Source: an uncultured Candidatus Saccharibacteria bacterium (GTDB taxonomy: Bacteria > Patescibacteriota > Minisyncoccia > Phycocordibacterales > WO2-35-19). From it: DNA of 37,684 nucleotides. Numbering within the stretch: position 1 is the stretch's first letter; each line of letters opens with the position of its first letter. The stretch is from the NCBI GenBank assembly GCA_964361905.1, contig CAYICK010000001.1, positions 1-37,684 on the forward strand, written 5' to 3'. Positions 33,471-37,684 of this stretch are shown piece by piece. The notes under the pieces were generated by a model that saw only the letters and a list, made by a program, of their open reading frames with translations, was not told where the DNA came from and searched no databases. The position numbers were made by a program, and so were the translations under genes.

Positions 33471-34171
33471 TTAATAAGTGAATACAACCTGTCAGAAATT
33501 TTTTGCAGATTTTCAAAATTAAACTCCCGTCTCTGGTCGGTGGTTTTTTTGTTTTTACATATGAGGAGAACGTGGCGGTTCTGAGAGCGGAACGAACAAG
33601 TTAGATATTCAAGTCGGCTCAAAAACCATGAGAAAATCCTGAAAGGCAAAAGATTGGCTATAGGATGCGAACCGAGATAACCGTTCTGCTCAAAAAAGCG
33701 CTCATATATAAAACTTATGAAATTTCTGTAATATATTTTTTTAACGTAGTTAAAATTATTCTCTAACAGTTTTAATTCTTCGCCAAAATCGTCAGACAAA
33801 GATAATTCACAAATGAAATTACCCTGAGGAGTCGTAATTCGCGAAAGCCCAGAGATTGCCCGAAGTCTCCTTTGAGGCGGTAAGTAATTGAGAGTATTTG
33901 TTGAAACAACGACGTCTATGCTATTTCCCGCAACAGCGTCGAGATTTGCTATATCAGCATGCAAGCCGAGAGTTTTGGAGTCAGGGTATTTTTTAAGGCC
34001 GATTTCAAGTGATGCTCGATCAATATCAAGCCCGATATACACATCGGTCTTAAACATATGCCTATTTTTCATCCCGGCAGAAGCTGCATCCAAACCGACC
34101 CCGCTTTTTATTTTGGAAAGTTCTTTTTGCAAAACCGGAAAGATAAAATTTTTTGAAGGCCTTGTATACAT
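33467..34171 (-). CDS. Class I SAM-dependent methyltransferase
   Basis: 234 aa. Motifs GVGLDAASAG, VYIGLDID and IDVVVSTNTLNYL. Its 3' end overlaps the convergent GT4 gene by 4 nt. Confidence 0.72.
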   Translation of the reverse strand: MYTRPSKNFIFPVLQKELSKIKSGVGLDAASAGMKNRHMFKTDVYIGLDIDRASLEIGLKKYPDSKTLGLHADIANLDAVAGNSIDVVVSTNTLNYLPPQRRLRAISGLSRITTPQGNFICELSLSDDFGEELKLLENNFNYVKKIYYRNFISFIYERFFEQNGYLGSHPIANLLPFRIFSWFLSRLEYLTCSFRSQNRHVLLICKNKKTTDQRREFNFENLQKISDRLYSLIN

Positions 34172-34302
34172 TTATTTAAATATTACCCCGATTCCGGCCC
34201 AATTTTGGTTAGGATTTTCAATTAATTCTTTGTAATTTTTTCCAACTTTAACTTCGTCCCAAAATTTATCCGCATCGCATCTCTCTTTGTGTTTGCAAAC
34301 AT
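34172..34302 (-). pseudogene. Relic 3' end of a methyltransferase gene (copy 1 of a 131-bp direct repeat)
   Basis: 122 of 131 nt are identical, without indels, to 35805-35935. On the minus strand it translates to VCKHKERCDADKFWDEVKVGKNYKELIENPNQNWAGIGVIFK-stop. A TAG lies upstream in frame and there is no start codon. Its TAA abuts the ATG of the 33467-34171 gene. Confidence 0.85.
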
Positions 34303-34313
34303 TTATTGTTTTA

Positions 34314-35699
34314 TTAATTAACTATGAAATAACTCAGACAAGCCTTGTTTTTAGAAACATTAGCACTGGATTTTATAGTAAAACTTGTACCTGCTGTGCG
34401 GGAATTTACACTGTAATTACGATTCGTTCCTGTGTTACAAGTGATTTCCAAGCGCGAACTGAGAGATGAGTCTTCTGTGATAAATATCTGACTATTTGCG
34501 GTCACAGCGGTTGTATCTACAACTAGAGTACTACCACCTGTATCCATCGCCACATTTCCAGCGGAAGCCGAACCACAAACCGCAGGTGATGCGGTTGAGG
34601 CACAATTTGAATTTGTACTCATACTATTAGCAGAAATATTGCCATTCACATCGAGGGTGGCTACTGGTGTGCTTGTTCCAATGCCAACCCTGCTGTTAAT
34701 TATCATGTTTTGTCCAGAGCGACCGAAAGTCATTGTCGTTGTCAGAGATGTTCCAAAATTAAGCGCTCCGTTTGTTATTGAATCAATCATTCCCCCTACT
34801 TGCATTAGCAGATTACCAGACGTAAGAGCGACATTGGAGCCATCATCTGACAGTAAAGAATCACCTATTACTAATGCACCGGTAAATTTTACGATTCTGT
34901 TTGTTGTCCCTGATCCAGTAACTGAATAAGTCGGGGGAGTCGGTGTTGAATTAAATGGATATGAAAGTCCTGCACTGTCGTTATAAAGCGCTGTTACCTC
35001 AGTTGGGGTTAACACCCTATGCCAAAAACCCACTTCATCTATTGAACCATCAAAATCGTACGGAGCCCAAGTTAAATCACCCCCCACAAGAAAGGCCGAA
35101 CTCGTTTGACCTATACTAGTTGCTGTTCCGCTTTTTGCGGACATACTTTGTGCTACCCCATTTTTATAAATAATTCCGCCTGTTGCAGAACTTGAGTCTA
35201 ATGTCCAAACTAAATGAACCCAGGTGCCAATATCTGAACTGGTTAAAAGATTGGTTGCGTACCATTGACCATAATCATCGCCATTGTAAAAGGTTGCATA
35301 AGCATTTGGGGGTTGGAGGTTCAATATGTAGGAATTTCCATTGACATCTGATTTGCGGATGAGCTCATATACCACCGAAGGAACTGAAGCCAGTTTCACC
35401 CACATTGAGACCGAAAAGACATCTGTCATCCCCAACCCTATTTGAGCGGCATCGGTAATAGAAAAATACTGATTACTAGCATTAATCAAATTTGTTGCAT
35501 TATTTATTTTTCCAGCACTAAATCCCACCGAATTATTGTTAGTTAAATTGTTTGAACCAACACTGTCGGTAGTATTTCCTGATGATTCGTCAAATTTCCA
35601 ATACGAGACCAAATTGTCAGTGAGCGCCGCTGATGCTGAAACAGGAAGAACAGCTAAAACAAAAAGCGCTAATGGCACGAAAACAGTTAATTTCTTCAT
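34314..35699 (-). CDS. Secreted LamG (concanavalin-A-like lectin) domain protein with a Ser/Thr/Gly/Asn-rich fibre-like C-terminal half
   Basis: 461 aa with signal peptide MKKLTVFVPLALFVLAVLPVSASA. LamG_3-type motifs LVSYWKFDESSGNTTDSVGSNNLT and GSIDEVGFWHRVLTPTEVTALY. The C-terminal half contains VGIGTSTPVATLDVNGN and four Cys. Confidence 0.85.
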   Translation of the reverse strand: MKKLTVFVPLALFVLAVLPVSASAALTDNLVSYWKFDESSGNTTDSVGSNNLTNNNSVGFSAGKINNATNLINASNQYFSITDAAQIGLGMTDVFSVSMWVKLASVPSVVYELIRKSDVNGNSYILNLQPPNAYATFYNGDDYGQWYATNLLTSSDIGTWVHLVWTLDSSSATGGIIYKNGVAQSMSAKSGTATSIGQTSSAFLVGGDLTWAPYDFDGSIDEVGFWHRVLTPTEVTALYNDSAGLSYPFNSTPTPPTYSVTGSGTTNRIVKFTGALVIGDSLLSDDGSNVALTSGNLLMQVGGMIDSITNGALNFGTSLTTTMTFGRSGQNMIINSRVGIGTSTPVATLDVNGNISANSMSTNSNCASTASPAVCGSASAGNVAMDTGGSTLVVDTTAVTANSQIFITEDSSLSSRLEITCNTGTNRNYSVNSRTAGTSFTIKSSANVSKNKACLSYFIVN

Positions 35700-35752
35700 A
35701 AATTTAATATTAAAGTTCTATTAAGCATAGTTAATTTTAATAGACCCCAGAC

Positions 35753-35760
35753 ATTATACA
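35753..35760 (-). promoter_or_regulatory. Candidate extended -10 box (TGTATAAT on the minus strand) for the LamG gene
   Basis: The reverse complement of 35753-35760 reads TGTATAAT. It lies about 54 nt upstream of the ATG at 35699. A TTGACT (35785-35790) is also present but is 26 bp away. Confidence 0.3.
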
Positions 35761-35804
35761 ACTTAATATGGTGTATAAAAAAGGAGTCAATCGATTTTTG
35801 GCAA

Positions 35805-35935
35805 TTATTTGAATATTACCCCGATTCCGGCCCAATTTTGATTAGGATTTTCAATTAATTCTTTGCAATTCTTGCCAACTTTAATTTCGTCCCAAAATTT
35901 ATCCGCATCGCATCTTTCTCTGTGTTTGCACACAT
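35805..35935 (-). repeat. Copy 2 of the 131-bp direct repeat (functional 3' end of the 502-aa methyltransferase gene)
   Basis: Offset is exactly 1633 nt from copy 1, with 9 mismatches (6 synonymous, 3 non-synonymous in the shared frame). Confidence 0.9.
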
Positions 35936-37313
35936 CATGGAAAGCGATTATCCCCCCCTTTTTTACCAGAGGCGAGTATAGCTCATAATCTTGCTTAACA
36001 CCTTCATAACTGTGGTCGCCGTCTATGAAAAGAAAATCTATTTCTTTGTTTTTCGTTGTACTTTTTAACAGTTCAACGGTTTCTTTTTTGTGAGAATCTT
36101 TTCGCAGAAGCGTCATTTTTTGAAGAGGGGATTTAAACTTTTTGTACAATGACTCGGCCAACTTCGCATAGAATCCTCCAGAAGCCCCCTTTGGCAGATC
36201 TATGCTGATTATGTTTGCATTCGGGGAAACAAAACGCGAAAAAAGAAAAAGCGATCCTCCTGTAGCCGTGCCTATTTCCAGTACTGTTTTGGGTTGGGCT
36301 TTCTCCACAATTTCGCACAAACCACTTATCTCCGAGCGCACTTGCTGAGGGGCAAATATGCGCCCAAATCCATCAAATATTAAACTAATCGCCGAAGGTA
36401 TGCTGTGTTTCTTGGCAGCTTCTTTTGGGAGTTTCCAGCTTGCATACGGGTATACTAATATCCTCACGGCGCGTTTTTCCCAGAGGGTATAAAACTCCCT
36501 CAATTTTATAAAGAAAGGCTTAAATCCTTCATGTGTCAATACATACCAAGCTCTATAAATTTTTTTAATTAAACTTTTAATTGGTTTTGGTAGATTTTTT
36601 GATAGAGAATACAATTTATACATTGTGTATTTAAAAAACATATATAGCAAACAAATTTTATTGTTCAATCTGTCGATCCAAGAATTTCTAACGCATTTTG
36701 TGGCATACGTAATACTTCCCACGATACCGATGTTTTTAAACTCCAGAGATTTGAAAATATATTTTTCCACAACTTTTCTTGGTCCGGGTATTCCTGAAAC
36801 CAGGAGGCTCTTGAATATAGTTTGAAGATTTGGAGCGGTATCGTGAAAAGCGATCACTCCGCCGGGGATAAGATGGGGAGAATAAAGCAGGAAATCTTTT
36901 TCCGCACCCTCATATTCGTGGGCACCATCGATAAAAAGAAATTCTATGGGTTTATTCCAATCTTTTGCCGCCATTTCAGAAGTAGAGACTACTGGCGTAA
37001 CTACGTCTTGAACTCCAGCTTTATTTATATTGTTCTTAAAATCTGTCAAAGTAGAATCTCCGTGGTCCCTCAGACCGTCGCTTCCGGCAAACGGGTCAAT
37101 GGCGTAAACTCTTCCTGCCGAGCCGTCCTTTATCCCTTGAGCAATCCAAATCGTTGACTTGCCTTTCCAAGAACCGATCTCTACGACACACCCTTTTCCC
37201 GTCACATTTTTGGCGCAATGATAGAGAAATATCAACTCATTGGATCCAACCCAACCTTGCACCAATTTGGTCTGCTCCTCCAGTTGCTCAATTATTTTTT
37301 CTTTATTGCTCAT
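35805..37313 (-). CDS. Tandem two-domain class I SAM-dependent methyltransferase (two Methyltransf_24-like domains)
   Basis: 502 aa. Domain 1 has VVEIGSWKGKSTIWIA and FLFIDGAHEYEGAEKDFLLYSPHLIPGGVIAFHD. Domain 2 has VLEIGTATGGSLFLFS and FLFIDGDHSYEGVKQDYELYSPLVKKGGIIAFHD. Confidence 0.8.
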   Translation of the reverse strand: MSNKEKIIEQLEEQTKLVQGWVGSNELIFLYHCAKNVTGKGCVVEIGSWKGKSTIWIAQGIKDGSAGRVYAIDPFAGSDGLRDHGDSTLTDFKNNINKAGVQDVVTPVVSTSEMAAKDWNKPIEFLFIDGAHEYEGAEKDFLLYSPHLIPGGVIAFHDTAPNLQTIFKSLLVSGIPGPRKVVEKYIFKSLEFKNIGIVGSITYATKCVRNSWIDRLNNKICLLYMFFKYTMYKLYSLSKNLPKPIKSLIKKIYRAWYVLTHEGFKPFFIKLREFYTLWEKRAVRILVYPYASWKLPKEAAKKHSIPSAISLIFDGFGRIFAPQQVRSEISGLCEIVEKAQPKTVLEIGTATGGSLFLFSRFVSPNANIISIDLPKGASGGFYAKLAESLYKKFKSPLQKMTLLRKDSHKKETVELLKSTTKNKEIDFLFIDGDHSYEGVKQDYELYSPLVKKGGIIAFHDVCKHRERCDADKFWDEIKVGKNCKELIENPNQNWAGIGVIFK

Positions 37314-37684
37314 CTTTGTTGATTTTTGTTAAATATTTTTTATATTTGCGTAATTTGGGCGCGGTATTGGTGATAAACTTTGGAGCTATTATCATACTCA
37401 AAAATTGAATGTTTTCTGGGAAACAATCCAAGTGTTTGAGCAGGGCATCCCATGCGAATTTCCGTATGTCCACGCCCTTTTCTGTTTCTACCATAAACCC
37501 TTTCGTAATAAAAGCCGCCTGAAGTTTTTTGTATTGTTTGTACTCACTAGGTATATAATCTTTCAACAGCCTGCAGATTTCCATACTATCAAACAAACTT
37601 ATAAAGAAAAAACCTCTGGGGTCATTGGTCCAATTCGTTTCATTTTTACGATGGAGAACAAAACATTCAGAAATGACCAGCAGT
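37303..37684 (-). CDS. Hypothetical protein, C-terminal part only (the ORF runs off the window end)
   Basis: The minus-strand frame is open from the window edge to TAA at 37303-37305. It overlaps the start of the downstream methyltransferase gene by 11 nt. No motif recognised. Confidence 0.6.
   Translation of the reverse strand, partial: LLVISECFVLHRKNETNWTNDPRGFFFISLFDSMEICRLLKDYIPSEYKQYKKLQAAFITKGFMVETEKGVDIRKFAWDALLKHLDCFPENIQFLSMIIAPKFITNTAPKLRKYKKYLTKINKDEQ

Noticed and set aside
34314-35699. Diversity-generating retroelement targeting the LamG protein
   Set aside because: There is no reverse transcriptase gene. I found no template/variable repeat pair with adenine-specific mismatches. 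The only nearby repeat (131 bp) lies outside the LamG ORF and its differences are not A-specific.
34314-35699. Higher GC content of the LamG gene as proof of foreign origin
   Set aside because: Hand counts give about 45% for LamG, which equals the background of the housekeeping part of the window. Individual lines in the flanking methyltransferase genes range from 10/60 to 28/60. The signal is too noisy and is confounded by Ser/Thr/Gly/Ala-rich composition.
34172-35935. The 131-bp repeats as ends of an IS or transposon, or as a target-site duplication
   Set aside because: The repeats are direct rather than inverted and far longer than any target-site duplication. They are coding sequence of a methyltransferase, and no transposase or integrase lies between them.
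1-37684. Alternative genetic code (UGA as sense, as in some CPR lineages)
   Set aside because: TGA terminates several genes exactly where the next gene starts in an ATGA overlap (12537-12540, 22868-22871, 24571-24574) and where domain architectures are complete. No family-motif-bearing ORF needs read-through.

Overview
This is a 37.7-kb, tightly packed, AT-rich bacterial chromosome segment. It opens with the 3' end of a 23S rRNA gene and a complete 5S rRNA gene. Cell-envelope housekeeping genes follow: a membrane-anchored vWA protein, the SEDS protein RodA, SecD, SecF, a GT4 plus a WbaP-type initiating sugar-phosphate transferase, a glycoside-hydrolase-like protein and an orphan TraD/VirD4-like P-loop ATPase. 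From about 11.4 kb to the end lies one very large surface-glycan biosynthesis and modification region. It encodes 6 GT-B/GT4-type glycosyltransferases, 2 Dpm1/ArnC-like GT2 enzymes, 3 multi-TM GT-C (ArnT/PMT-like) proteins and a GtrA-like domain. It also encodes a 4,6-dehydratase-type SDR domain, a DegT-family aminotransferase, a flavoprotein, a small ferredoxin and 5 SAM-methyltransferase domains plus one relic. Most unusually, it contains three paralogous cobalamin-domain (class-B-like) radical SAM enzymes. I saw no tRNA, CRISPR array, transposase, integrase, reverse transcriptase or recognisable defence gene. The standard code fits, because TGA stops coincide with ATGA gene overlaps. Gene style suggests a Patescibacteria/CPR (Parcubacteria-like) organism, but this is inference only. 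The supporting traits are small genes, 4-nt overlaps, no visible Shine-Dalgarno motifs, -10 boxes abutting start codons and a CFDxxxNGDETGxDCGGxC module. The best candidate for something undescribed is the twice-repeated GT2 / GT-C / B12-radical-SAM triad (18.4-26.0 kb). Related to it are a third rSAM-methyltransferase-ferredoxin module (12.5-14.9 kb) and a GT-C::4,6-dehydratase fusion followed by an aminotransferase (27.4-30.8 kb). Together these resemble an Arn/Gtr-like lipid-linked extracytoplasmic glycosylation system with added radical chemistry. A second notable structure is a 131-bp direct repeat bracketing a LamG-domain secreted-protein gene (34.17-35.94 kb). One copy is the 3' end of a methyltransferase gene and the other is a frame-intact relic. 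All functional calls rest on motifs read by eye; no searches were run.
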